Assembly: GCA_046563655.1 (NCBI GenBank)
Contig: CM102290.1
Location: forward strand, 1,488,001 to 1,552,000
Reading direction: 5' to 3'
Length of the DNA: 64,000 nt
From: Yuukianura sp. NJ FZ-2021
Lineage: Eukaryota
Numbering within the stretch: the first letter of the stretch is position 1; each line of letters starts with the position of its first letter. The notes below the pieces were generated by a model. That model was not told where the DNA came from, searched no databases, and saw nothing but the letters and a program-made list of their open reading frames with translations. The position numbers were made by a program, and so were the translations under genes. This document shows positions 51,164-64,000 of the stretch, piece by piece.

Positions 51164-54100
51164 GCCAATACTTTTAAATACGTCAATCAGAAGTAAGTCA
51201 ATGGCTTAAAATTTCGCGTATCTTTTCGGGTGCTGATATTTAGAATGAAATGTTTGGTTTTGCAGATGATGACTGCATAAACAAATCAAAGTTAAGAATT
51301 ATCAGAAATCAATTCAGAAATTATTATGAAATCTATTAAATTGCGGTTGGGGCTGTGCTGCAAATTCGTGAGTAATAGAATGCAATCCAAGATGAGAAAA
51401 CTGCAAGTTCCTTTCCAAATGTTAAAAACCAGAAGGAAATTTTTCATTTGGAGAATAACATTCACATTTTATTTGTACTGCGACTTCATGAACTATTTTG
51501 ACACTTTCTCCGAAAGGGAGAAATTTCGCAACAACAATTCTTTTTATCTAAACCCCAATAAAACTCATTTTTGCAACACAGACGTGGAGAAAAACGCAAG
51601 CAAAAATAAGTAATAATTTGTTTTTTTTTTCTAAAGTTTCTAAGCTGAAGTGAAATTTCTTTAGCCCAAAAAATGTTTTCTGTGAAAAATTAACCTAGAT
51701 TTTTTTTCTTGACAATCATTAATCACCTAAAGTCCCAGTTGCCTCTTGCCATTTTGTTTCTGATCTACTAACCTTCATGAATCTATCTATAATCTAACAC
51801 TATATTTTTGTTAATTATTTACTACAAACAACCAAACATTTTTTTTCTGTTATGTACAACCGAATAACATTTATATAAATTTTCAAACAAAGATCACCTA
51901 GTTTCTTAGGAGAGAAGCTTAACCTTAAGTAAGTAGTGTTCCAGACAGTGTAACTTCATGTTGAATTTTATGTCAAAATAGATTCTGCAGAGCACTTTAA
52001 AATTACCATATCAAAGCAAAAGTATTTCCCCTTTTACTCGGCCTATTAATCCCCAATTGCAAAATTCAAAAGGTTAAACACGCACTGCTCCACTAGTGTT
52101 TTTCCAAAATAAATTTATAATAAGGTAGCAAGCCATTTTTCAACTAACCTAAAGCTGGAAGGAGAAAAGAAACTACAACAGGTAGACATCAAGTGTTTCT
52201 AGGCGCCAAAATTCAAAGCCCCGAAAACTACTTCCTACTTTCCCATCATTTTCCAAATTGAAAAGAATTGAAAAGCTGTACATAAAAGAGAAATGCCAAG
52301 AGTGAAAGCACTAGTGCTTCACAGTCCTTCTAGAACTCATTGACCTTCTCCAGTCGGAAAAGGGAAAGAAGCTTCCCAGTAAACGGTGCAATGGAGGTCA
52401 AAGTATTCAAAGAAGAAAGTAATGATGGAGAAATCCTTGAGAAAAGCACGAGCATTTCGTTTCGTATTGCATTTCACGTTTTATTGAAACTGGACCAAAG
52501 GAGTAATAAGGAAGAGAAACGGAAGGCCTCATTGAGAACAATGCCCAACGTTCACGGCCTCAAGGTGAAAAAACTCAAATTGTGGCGCAGATTTACATGG
52601 TAACGCCAAATAATGGTTTCCATATAGAGCAGTAAGTGGAAAGGAAATCTCTGCCTTTGAAATAATTGGAAGATCCAAAGTGATGGAAATGATTTTCTGA
52701 TTTCAGGGATAATAGGTGCTTTGAGTGGAACTGAAGCGCAGCAGCCAAGTGATGGAGCAATTCTGATTTAGGAAGATGCGATTTACTTTCCCCGTAATAG
52801 TTTTGGGTTACGACCAAACCTAACGTACCCCCTAACCTAATAGGTGTTCAGCAGTTAAGTTCTATAAAGTTCCATATAATTAATGATGGACAACCTATGA
52901 AGTGGGATTTGAACCACTTTCTGTGTCTGAAGAGACACACGACAGACTTTGGGACTAAAAGTTTGAACAAGGGAAAGAAGTGATTGTAAAAAATGGAACC
53001 TTCGGACTCTTTCTTCTCATCATCAGAATCAAACCTAACCAGAACGTGTAAAGGAAGTTCGGATTCTTTGGATCTGAGGTCACCAGAGTTCTTTTGGTGT
53101 GGTGAAGACAGTCTCTTCTGCCACGAGGAAATAATAAGGCTCAATGTCACGTACTTCCTTGGAAGGAAATGTTCCAAAACGTGTCGTGGTGAGAAAAAGA
53201 AGAAAAAATGGCAAATAGAAGCTGTGCTGTTTCCTACGTCTTTTAAGTCTCCAGCATTAGAACCTATAATTCATAACTCCACCGCAACGTTTCTACGCTT
53301 CACTTTTTTAAATTTCATACCCATTTTGTTTTGAATTCTTTTTCTCCGCAAGAACGAACAAATAAAAACCCTGAAGCAACGATAACGAATCGGTCCCTAC
53401 TCCTGGTTAAAAAATTCCAAAAAAATCAAATTACTGTAATTTCAAAATTCGATACTTTGCATTATGTATCTCTATCTTTAATTTAGTATTTCTGGAACAA
53501 ATCCATTCCATTTGCTTTCGGCCGCAAGAAATCACGAGCAAAACAATTTTTCAGCTTAAAATAACTTGGACGAACGAATCTTTCAGAAAAACAAAGCGCT
53601 TACCTAACTAACCTTTTTAACATTTACGTCAAACATTTGCAAGAATATCACTCACTATCTTCCTCAAGTTTCGAAAAATAACAATCCTTCCCGTTATCCC
53701 ATTTCGAGTTCCTTAAAAATAGTTTTAAAAAAACGAGAAACTGATTTGCTGATTTCCTTTGAAATCAGCAAAAGAACGAAATCAGATTAAGTTTTAGCCG
53801 AAATGGAGGGTGACGCTGACACAGACAATTTGAAAAAGAAAAAAAACCTTTGGAATTGAGACCCCACCGTCCCTCTCCACTTTATTACAGTTTCCGTTTC
53901 AGTTCCAAAATTTCCGGATTGAGAGATAGAGAAAAGCATTTCTGGAGGACAAGTGAAATGTCCATGTGTTTCCTTTGGTTCTCTGACTGACCTCTGTGTC
54001 ATATCCTGTCTAACCCAAAACTTGTGTACAACGTTACGTCCGACTTCGACAAGATGGGAAAGTGAGTCGCAGTTTACAAAATCATGTCACGTCTTTCCTC

Positions 54101-56371
54101 CGCCATATCCTTGATCTTCACTTGAGATTATCTCCAAACACCTTTCCAAAGTGATTCTCCAAAGTTGGATTTTGTTTCTGCACGCCAACGTAAACCAACA
54201 GTAAAATCTACCAACAAAAACTTATTCTTTGGAAAAAACAATACATGCTACGCTCAACTCCCGTTTTCCTTCGCAGCTTACAAATGTTGTTACTTGAAGG
54301 TTGGAAGATGGGAAGGATAGTGAATGCTCTTGAAGTAAAGCACTCATGTTCTCTAGGTTGAATACTATACAAGGTACACAACGTTTGCTCAATTCTACCC
54401 GGGAAAAGAAGTCTTACTTTTTTGCAAAACATCTACCACTTCCAAAGAGAGAAGAAAGTTCATTTGTTCTGACAAAAATGGTTCTAGGGGATCTCTTTTG
54501 TCAACGTTCCAAATTTCCAAAAAGTCTCTTCTCACTTTCTAGAACCATTTCAGGTTCGATGAGAGCTCACCGTTACATTTTAGTGTAGTTATAAAAATTC
54601 AATCAATTTTTCTCTTCTCAGATTTTCAAATGAACCTGAACCTGTTACTTTCACTTTTCTTTTTTTTCGAAAAAACACTACGTTCATGCTTGCCAACTTC
54701 TTTTTTCTGCACATCCTTCTATCAACAACCCCTGAGAAACCTAATACAGAATCTTCCTCACTGTTTTAAGGATAAACTATCCTAAGAAGTGTTGCTGGAT
54801 ATCCACTTTCTCGAGATTTCATCCACGGCCTAACATAACAACCTTCGTAACCCATGCTAACCTAACATAACAAAAAACGTTTTTTCAGTTCAGAGTCTTC
54901 GTTAACCGAATCCTACACCATGCGCCCACCGTTTCACCAGAGACTTAAGGGCTCTGTTTCACCGTTAGTCTACGTTTGGAAATGATTTGAGTTGATGGGA
55001 TTGTAAGCCGTGAAGCCATGTGTAAGTAGAGTGAAAGTAGGTTGTTAAGGTAGGGAAAAGTGAGCACGGCCCTTAACATATACTCTGCATGGACTTTCTC
55101 CGGGTGACACCACGAGAGAAACAGTTCACCTGGGAACTGGGCTCTTGAACTCAGCCTCCCCCTGTACCACCGTGTTCTCCCAGAACAATTTTCTCCTAAT
55201 CGATCTCTAAATCACTTCATGTCACACCGTGGGACCACCACCATTTCTATACCAACTCTGACATTTCCCATTTAACCCTAACTCTAGCGCCCTATTATGC
55301 AACATCTTCATCCGTCCTAACCAACTTTACATCTTCTAGCCTCAACTTGACCTAACGCCTGTTTACTTTTCAGAGAACCTTCAAAGGAAAACTTGTTGGG
55401 TCGAACTGATGACTTTCGTTTTAAACCTGGGCGGGAACTCATTTTCTCTGGGTCAGATTCCCATTTCCCTTTAGCCTCATATCATGGCATTATTTTCAAC
55501 TTTCTTTCCTCTTTTCATTCCTTCCAGTTGTTTTCAGCACAGGGATTAGATGGACAGCACGCAATAGGAATGACACTCAAATTGGAAGGAGGAAATGACG
55601 GGAAACGGGGACTTTTCTCTTCTCTGTCGATATTCCTTTCTCCTTTCTCTACCTTTTGGTTGCCAAGCGTGAAAGTGAGGAATGAAATCCAATCAGCGAT
55701 TCCAAACCACCCTAATTGTCAGGCATGGCTTCACTTTAATGGAAAGTACAGTGTACTTAAGCCTTTTAGAGAAAGTTAGCTTTTAAATTCTAAACAAAAT
55801 CCACTTATTTCCTCGCTCGCTAAACAAACAATTGGAAACTGACAGTGTAGGAGGTTTTTCTTTGTTTTCCTAAGAACAATATTTTTATCCATTGCGAAAG
55901 CGTGCATATTTTTGAAAGGTCATTGGAACTCTGAATGATGACCTACTTTATTTCCAATTTAAAAGTTGTCTCAAACAGAAGTTGGAAGCAATCCGAAATT
56001 CCTTTGTTAAAAATAAACTTCAGCTACACTTTTGGACAGCATATTATTTCTGTCAAAATGTTTCCTGTCCGCTAACTTTCTATTTGAAGTGGAAGCAGCA
56101 TGACACATTTTTAGCAACAATTAGCATGTCTTCCAAAAAATAATCATTGTGTTTATATTCTTTCAGCACCTGTCAATGTCACAACTCCAAGTCAAATAAT
56201 AAACGCAAATCACTAACAAGTCATGGGCTGACCCAGTCAGTTGTCACAGTGGTATGGTCGTCACTTCACAAAAATAATGTCAGTATAACCCAATAGCCAC
56301 CACTTGATACAAAATAAATCAATTACTTTAGCAAGTATGGTGCCTTTTTTCTTCCAGGTTTACGGATCACC

Positions 56372-56648
56372 GGTTCCATGCCATTTCATCGAATGAATTA
56401 CGAAGAAGCGAATTTCTTCGAATGGATTTCCCCAAAACGAAGTAACACCAAAGGCGAATTACAACGAAAAGTAAATTGCGCCGAAAAACATTGGTAAAAC
56501 AGCCAAACATAACCCAATATCCTCGGTGTAACCTTTCGCTGTAATTTACATTTCGTTGTAAAGAGACTTTCGTCATAATTCGCTTCGGAGAAATTCATTC
56601 GACGAAAATCACTTCGTAGTAATCCATCGAATGAAATGGCGTGCTCCC
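56372..56648. mobile_element. Mutator (MULE)-like MITE, 277 bp, 9-bp TSD, long imperfect TIRs
   Basis: Direct repeat CGGATCACC at 56363-56371 and 56649-56657; GG...CC termini; left GGTTCCATGCCATTTCATCGAATGAATTAC aligns with the reverse complement of the right end GGGAGCACGCCATTTCATTCGATGGATTAC, and similarity extends ~110 bp. A 9-bp TSD plus long TIRs is typical of Mutator-like elements. Confidence 0.85.
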
Positions 56649-58231
56649 CGGATCACCAAGTTTTAGTCAGTCAAAAAAAAAGCTTCTGTAACCCAGAAGA
56701 AATCTTTGATAATTTCAGCAATGGGTAGAAGAGTAACTTTTCTAATTCGAAAATCCAGTTATTTGTTCAATTCCATGCTTTACTTCAATCTGAAATTTTA
56801 GTTGATCTTTTAGTTTGATTTTTGAAAAGTTTCCTTGGAAAGAAGACATTAGGGAAATCAAAAAGTTTAGGATATGCATGACCTGAATCCTAGATTGAGG
56901 AAGAATTTGTTCAATTTGAGATTAATTGCCAAATAGGTAAGAGGAATAATTCAAGGGACAAGGAAGTCAGGACAGAACCTTCACAAATCTGTTTGTACAG
57001 GGATGAGCTAGGGTCATTGAAGGGCTTAATTAAAGTGAAAGCAAAAGGCACTTCCTTGATCTTTTTCAAATGGAAACTGAAAGAGAAAGTTAGTTTCTCG
57101 AGACCCAATTTCGACAGAGGGAAACCGTCCTTCTCTCTAACTCACTTCGAGACTAACAAATGAACTAAGTAATTGGAACTGAACCGGAGCCTTCTGCTGG
57201 AGAAAGTGGTTCCAAAGTACATTTGGAAAATACTTTTACTTCAAAATAAATAATACTTAGGCTACCAAACTCATCCATCTCCCCGCTCTTCCATGTCTGT
57301 GGAGCAAAATGTCAAAAAACGAAATCAGGTCAACAAGAGGAGGCACCAGCTAAACATTTTTCAAGAGTTCTGGACAAATTACGAAAAACAGGACACAGCG
57401 TGTACCCACCCCCTTTCCTTTAACCTAAAAAATTTAACCAAACCAAAAGTGGACATACACACAAAAAAAAATCGAAAAAAAAATTCTTACAGCCTTTTTG
57501 AAGCTCGTCCTGTTAAATTAAAAATTGTTTTTCAATTTTGAACGTTTCACAATTGATCGATATACGCTAATAAAAAGCAATTAAAAATTCCGAGTAGTGT
57601 AAACTTTCACTTTCAAATTATTTACGCATTAATCGATTTTCTTTCCATTTTGAAACCTGTTGTAAGAAAAGAAAAAGTCCACAAAAATGTATGCTTATCC
57701 TGACAGACTTTAAAATTGAGGTTTGAGTAGAAAAGTAAGCCACATGAAAATTGAAGATGTTCAAGGAAAGCTAAAGGAATTTGAGTAGTACAGAGACAAT
57801 ATAAGTTAGGGCATCGTTATGACAAGGCACGTTCTCCATAAAGTTCCATCATAAACCAAAATCTTCCTTTTCCTTTTATAGTTTTGTCTCTCCCTGACAA
57901 AGACCAAGATTTCCCTTGGTCTCCTCAACCATTAGAGTGTAGGTTGTCCAGCTCTAAGACTTTGAGCTCCATCAATTTGTCTACTGTCTCTTGGCTTTCA
58001 CCAAATATGAACTTTCACCAAAACCTCATGGAAAACCTCATGGACCCATTCCCCTAATCTCAGTTCCATTAAAATGGAGGAAGACGGGAATGAATGAGGA
58101 CAATGTGGAATAAGACAGGAATTAATGGCCAACGAATCCAGTTCACATGAATCCCGACTGACGCTAAGGAGCCCTTGGACGAGGCCTGTTTGGGTACGTC
58201 TAAGGGCGAACCCAGGCGAGGGCTCAACTGA

Positions 58232-58299
58232 GGAAACTGCACGAGGAAATGGGGAAACTGCATGAGGAAACGGGGAAACTGCACGAGGAAACGGGGAAA
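58232..58299. repeat. Minisatellite, 3 x 21 bp (GGAAACTGCAYGAGGAAAYGG) plus a partial unit
   Basis: Units at 58232-58252, 58253-58273 and 58274-58294, read directly. Confidence 0.9.
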
Positions 58300-61200
58300 G
58301 TGGCTGGGGATTCCGCCTAGAGGAATTTCCTTTTTACCTGTGTAATAATAAGGGGAAACATGTGAGATTTTTCCTCAGTTCAAAGCACCCTAATAATCCC
58401 TTATTCCCTCATCCTCACTTTCTCTTTCAAAATAAAAGAACCTCCAGTGCTGTTGCCAGGAGATGAGAGCGGGTTTTTCAAACAACACTTTCAAAAAAAG
58501 TGGAAAACCGGAAGGTTTTTAAAACAACCTTGGCTGCGGAACCTACATTTTGTTTGTTGCGTGAAATAGGTGGAGTATTTAGGCTAGAGAAAGCAGGTTG
58601 AAGGGGGTTCGTAGGATTTTATGCTACGGAGCCCCCAGAGAAGCGTTCTTCATCCTGTTCGCCGTTTGACCTCGTGGGAACGTGTATTTTTGTTTAATAT
58701 GCCTCGTCCCCAAGTCGTTCATCTCCATCAAGGTAATGGAAGTGCAGAACCTGGCTGTGACCAGGGAGATGGGAGTAGATGATATAAGGTCCCACCACAT
58801 CATAAATACCACACTTCCATCCCACTTTCTCACTCCACAATCCCACTTTCACATATTTCCCAGCCACATCAACTCCTTTCTCTAGTACAGAGCGCATCTA
58901 CAAACGGACTCAAACGGAAACCCAACTTTGTCGGCTTGAGCAACTCAAAACTTTGTTAACCGTTGCGCGAATTACGTCAAATTGGTGACAAAAATTACGT
59001 TGTAACTCTAACAGTCGCCAACCATAACGCATGTTTCCAAAAGATTTCATTTAAAGCAAACGTTTTTAAACTATAAATCAATTTTTTACGCATGACTTTT
59101 GGCTAAACCCATCAAAACATAATCACCGAAAAAAATTGTAGGTATCCAACATGACTTATTTCCCAACCAGGACAAAAATTATTTCGGTTAAAATAAAATT
59201 TTCGAAAAAAAAAAAACAAACAATTATTCTTCGTTTGGCTTTTATTTTTAAATTTTACCCACTTTTACTCGACAAAATTTTTCATCTTTAGGGCTCTCTT
59301 CCTACTCGCATTGGGGAAATTTCAAAACCTTAATAATTTGCTAACGATTACAGACAGACCACTAACCCCAACATTTATTAGTAAAGAGAACACGGAGTCA
59401 TCTTTTCCTTTTCTCCAAGAAACTTTTTCCTAAACACTCTGTAGGTTCTACCCTTAACTTTAAGACGTTGCATTCCGAACTTAAAATTTATTACAAAACT
59501 CATTGACTCTATCATCAGCTTGCAGAATCCCAACGATGACAAGAATTCCTATTTTTCGAGTGTTCATAAAAATCATTTGTTAAAAAAAACTCGTTAATAA
59601 GCTCATAACGGTTCAATAAACTTTGAAATTCCTTCCTCCCTTTAAATCCTTATTCCGTTTCGTATTACATCACTATTTTTCAATACACAAAAAAACGAAA
59701 AGAAGAAGAGAAAAAGCCGGAGAAAGTTAAGTCTCAGCAAGTAATTTATGTGACAATGTGCCTCATGAGGATCGCTCAATTACCAAACTCCAACCATCTA
59801 TGCCTGCAGTCAGAGCTCCAAGGAAGTGCTAAACCTAAGTGACGATTCGTCACTGACGAAGGAGCAATTGAGGACCCTCCTTCTAAAAACGGATCCCTTA
59901 GTCCTTGAAACACCTATGACAAGGATGCCGCATAAAGGGAAGAGAGGCGGAAGTGTTGATCTTCCTTAAGGTTGGTTTGGAAAGAATAAGAGTGAAAATG
60001 AAGTGGGAAATGATAATGAAGAGTGACAGGAGTGAAAGTTGAGCTCCCCATTCCTTTCACAATCCACTTGGAATTGATTCAGACTTTCTCCCGCCACAAC
60101 AGTTTTGAATAGGTCTATGAAAAAATACACTGGAGTCAGACAATGTCAATTTTCCTTTTCACTTTAAACTTTCAGCCTTCCGTCATATCTTGGTTTTTTG
60201 TCAAATGGGAAAGAGGATTTATTACAGTTGACCTAGCTTAAATTCTTAAATTTGAGAACAAGCAAGAAACGTTATACAAATTGGAAAAAGTTCTCTCGTT
60301 TATTTTCCAAATTACGTTATCCAGTCTGTTTGATGAAATAAATACCATGCTAAACTCTTTTTCTCATTCTAAATAAACAAAACTACGAAATTGAAAAGTG
60401 GGCGTGACCAATTAAAAACAAAAAAAATACTTTAAGTGGAGGTTACGCAATAAGTGAAAGTAGGAAATGAATGGAAGCCATTTTCAGTTTTTAATTAGAT
60501 TCCACTTTTCCGCTCTTTCATTTTTTTTTTTCGAAAAATGGTTACTGGTGGCTTTGAACTGCGTTTTTTAGAACTTTCTTGTGAAGTCAAAGCGGGAGTG
60601 GTTTCTTTTTGAACAGGTTCCCTCCAACCTAAGTTTGCTGGAGATCAGAGCAGAATTTGTGAGTTGGATTTTTGGTAAAATATGTTTACTTCGTTGAGAA
60701 GTACAAAGGAATTGAAAAGGAATAAAGAATATTTTTGCGGATGCGAGATGAAGGAAGGCGGGAAGTTTAAGTTGATAAAATTTAACGAATCAGTGCTCCT
60801 TCCCAGAGAAAATGGAGCGAGACAGAGAAAGCAAGAGAGAATATAAGCCTAAAGGGAATTCCCTACATGCGACTTACTTTCTTTTATCTTGCCACCAGCA
60901 CATGAGCAGGCCTTCAAATAAATATATTTTCATATTTTCCCGCCTCCATTCTCCATTTTGTTGTTCCAGAAAATGAGATGGATAACAAACCCTTATTGAA
61001 CTTTTCCTGCACACTGTAGTGTCGTCCAAGCCACATACAAAGCCTTCCGTGAACACGTTCCAACATTACATTTTAGGTTTTCGTTCATAACATCTTCTGT
61101 AAGTTTCAAATTTTTTGTATGCCACTGTGAAAATGCTAATTCGAAAACTAAGTTTTTAAAATTCTGACCTGTGACCAAGCTTTAAAATTTCTAAAAACCA

Positions 61201-64000
61201 TGATTAAAGTTTCCATAAAATAGCCTAAAATCCATATCACGAATTACTAAAACGGAAAGTTTGAAAATGACGTTTCAGGCAAAATAACTCTGTAGATTCA
61301 GAAAGTTTAGACCTGTTCCTCATGCGACTTTCAGCAATTTGAACAATTGGGACAAAAGTGCTGGCTGAAAGACTTGAGCCCAGGAAAAGGAGATCTCCAT
61401 ACAGAGCGATTCGTTCTATCTCCTAGCCTAATCCAAACAATCTCTCCTAGGACCCTCCCTGGGTACTTACACAAAAGCTAATGTCACCCTCGAAGCCCCC
61501 TTCAGTCCAAATGTGCACTTAAGGCTCCTCCACACAACCTCATCCGCTTTTCATTCTAAACAATTCATGCATTTTAATGGCTTAGGTAACCTAACCTACC
61601 TTACGTTCTTTCCCTTAAGCCAAGGAAACGAAGAGAAAGCATTTCCTAAGAGCTTCCGGTCCTTGCACCTTTTATTTTCCAAATACGGGAGACTCTGGTG
61701 GCATTTTGATTTAGTGGCACACATGAAGAACTCCCTGCCTATTCCTGTACAGGTGAATCCTTGATTTCACCAAGTATAGTTCATTTAAAAAAATACTGCT
61801 CCTCAACCTGTCAACTGACGACGAAAAGAATCAATAATGGAAGGAAGGCGTGAGTTTTCGTTGAATTGTGAAACTTTCCCATACTTTCACCACTTTCTCC
61901 CTACTTCCTTCCAAAATTACGACCCACCGCACCAGACAAAAAGTGGAGTGGAAGTTATGGGAGTCTCGGCAAAAGAAAGTGTCCAAATCTTGTATGTTGT
62001 AATATCCCACTCAAGGTTCCCTGACAATGAAAAATAAATTTGCTTTAACAGGTTGTGTACTACCTCGCTTGTTGATAAATGAAATAAAAACAAAATTTGG
62101 TACAAATTTTTGTATCAATCCAAAAATTGGTACCAAGTCGTATGTAAAATTTAAAAAGTTCGGCTGTATTGTGATGACTATGATACATGAAATGAAAGAC
62201 ACTCTTTTTTTTTTGCAAAATCGAAAAAACACAAGGTATCACTCAACCTGTTAAAGAAAATCAAAGTCAACAAACCTTGATCCCACTAGCCTATTCCACA
62301 CCAGCAGAAGCAACAAACTTACATCTCACTCAGAAGAAATAAATTGTCGGTTTCCAGAAAAGCCAAATTTTGGACATTTAAAAATTCCAAAACGCAAACC
62401 CTGTTGTAATTTTCTATTATCCTTGCCGAAATTTCTAATTCCTAACTCTGGACAGAAATAGAGGAGCCCAGACGTATTTCCAAATTTTTTTTTTGTAAGC
62501 TCCAATTAATTGGTATAGCTTTTGGAACTAAAAATACAATACCATTGCGCCTCCTTACTTCCTTTGCTTCGTTATTGATTTTATATTAAGAAGTTTAGGC
62601 GTCTAACCACGGACTTTGTTCCAAAGGTGATCTTCTCCCAGTTCATCAGAGAAATCAAAACAAAATTTCAAACAACGTTCGCTCTGAACACGCACATGCT
62701 CTTTCCTCCTCGATAAATTTCTTGAGGAAAAAAAAGAAATTTCAATTTAGAAGACTTAGAAACCCACCACAGAATTAGGCGAAGCGCCGTCAAGAAAGAA
62801 CACGAAAAAACGTAAACAAGAAAGCCTAATCTTGACACATCTTGACAAAAGAACAATTAGTTTACAATTTTGTCGCAAAATTTGCCGAAACTCAGTGTAC
62901 TCCTTTGACCGTACTTGATGAGCACACTTAAACGACATACAGAAATTTAAGGACTACAGAGCCCTTGACCGGAAAGACAGTTGAGCCAAAGTGGTTTAGA
63001 TGCTAACCGCAGCAAGATGAGGAACTAAAATCGGTATGCGTTTGTAAGTTGTATAGCTCGGAAGTCGGAACTTGACAGAGTTAATAAGGCATAACGGAAT
63101 GACAGGTTTTCTTCCACGGCCGTCGCATCTTGTTCCTACCTCGTCCTGGGATGACGAAAGTTTCAACGTGGAAAATGTCTTGTCTTGTCATTGTGTCGCT
63201 CCTTCTAGAAGTTTTGATGGCAGGGAAAGGTGAAAGTGAAAGTCCTCGTAATAAGCCATTCCACCGCGACGGCCGTTGGGTTCCACCGTGGCGGCGGTTC
63301 CAAGTGAGTGCTAAGGACCAAACTTAAATGCTAAATCTCCCCTTCCCCTAACTTGCCACTTTGTGCGGAGGCCGTTAAGACTCCTTAGAAAGTGGGACGA
63401 CCACGTCTTAACTTCAATCCAACACAGATGTAACTCCGACTGTCAAAACTACCGCCTGTCTCTCCAACCGTCTACAACTTAGCGAAGAATAAAAATGTAT
63501 ATTTTTACAATGTAACTCCTATATCAAGAGCCGCCCTAAGTTATTAATGGAATCAAAGATGAACTATCTTCTCCTTCATAAATAATGGATTCACAAACGC
63601 ACTGATGGCCATTTCTCTATCTTCCATGCCCAAACAAACCGCTGTTTTTGAGTGGATCAAAAAGTGTAGCCTCCATCACTAATTCAACGCTTACAACCTT
63701 AGGAAGGGCGGAACGCAGGACGTTCTGACCATGGAGGAACATGAATGTCAAAAAAATAAAAAGTTTCCCAAGCTCAAGGTAGGTCACACAAAAATCCAAA
63801 ACGTGACCACGATCCTTGTTTCAAACTTCTTGCATGTTGGCAAATGTGAACGGATCAATTTATAGTTGCAAACAAAAACGCTCCATTTTTTTAAAAACAA
63901 ACAGCAAACTGCGCTAATGTGAAATAATAGATCAGGCACAGCGTGAGCCCACTTTTTATTATAGCGATGATTTCCGTTTGAACTCTCTACTGTCCGTGAA

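Noticed and set aside
58069..58284. ORF with a repeated QFPxFLx motif
   Set aside because: It is simply the translation of the 21-bp minisatellite; no other coding evidence.

Overview
AT-rich eukaryotic DNA, most likely from an arthropod (inferred from the gene content, GT-AG introns and scattered TTAGG dimers; the species cannot be determined). Most short ORFs in the six-frame track are noise. The left 25 kb carries seven phase-compatible minus-strand coding exons (24603-24357, 12213-12091, 6093-5923, 4185-4038, 3822-3701, 3192-2608, 1867-1639; 1625 nt, 541 codons plus 2 nt). They encode a secreted-pathway protein with a signal peptide, two complete 10-Cys GFRalpha/GAS1-type domains, a 195-aa low-complexity spacer and the first 8 Cys of a third domain. 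This fits an invertebrate GDNF-family-receptor-like (Gfrl) gene whose 3' end lies beyond the left edge. The right ~39 kb has no recognisable host coding exon but holds several DNA-transposon derivatives. The most striking is a 1442-bp internally deleted hAT-type element (48524-49965; 11-bp TIRs, perfect 8-bp TSD). It retains a BED zinc-finger mini-ORF directly downstream of an 18 x 35-bp tandem array in which each unit junction is a 17-23-bp palindrome. Two fold-back MITEs with TSDs are also present (50899-51163, 56372-56648). No rRNA, tRNA or CRISPR array is supported.
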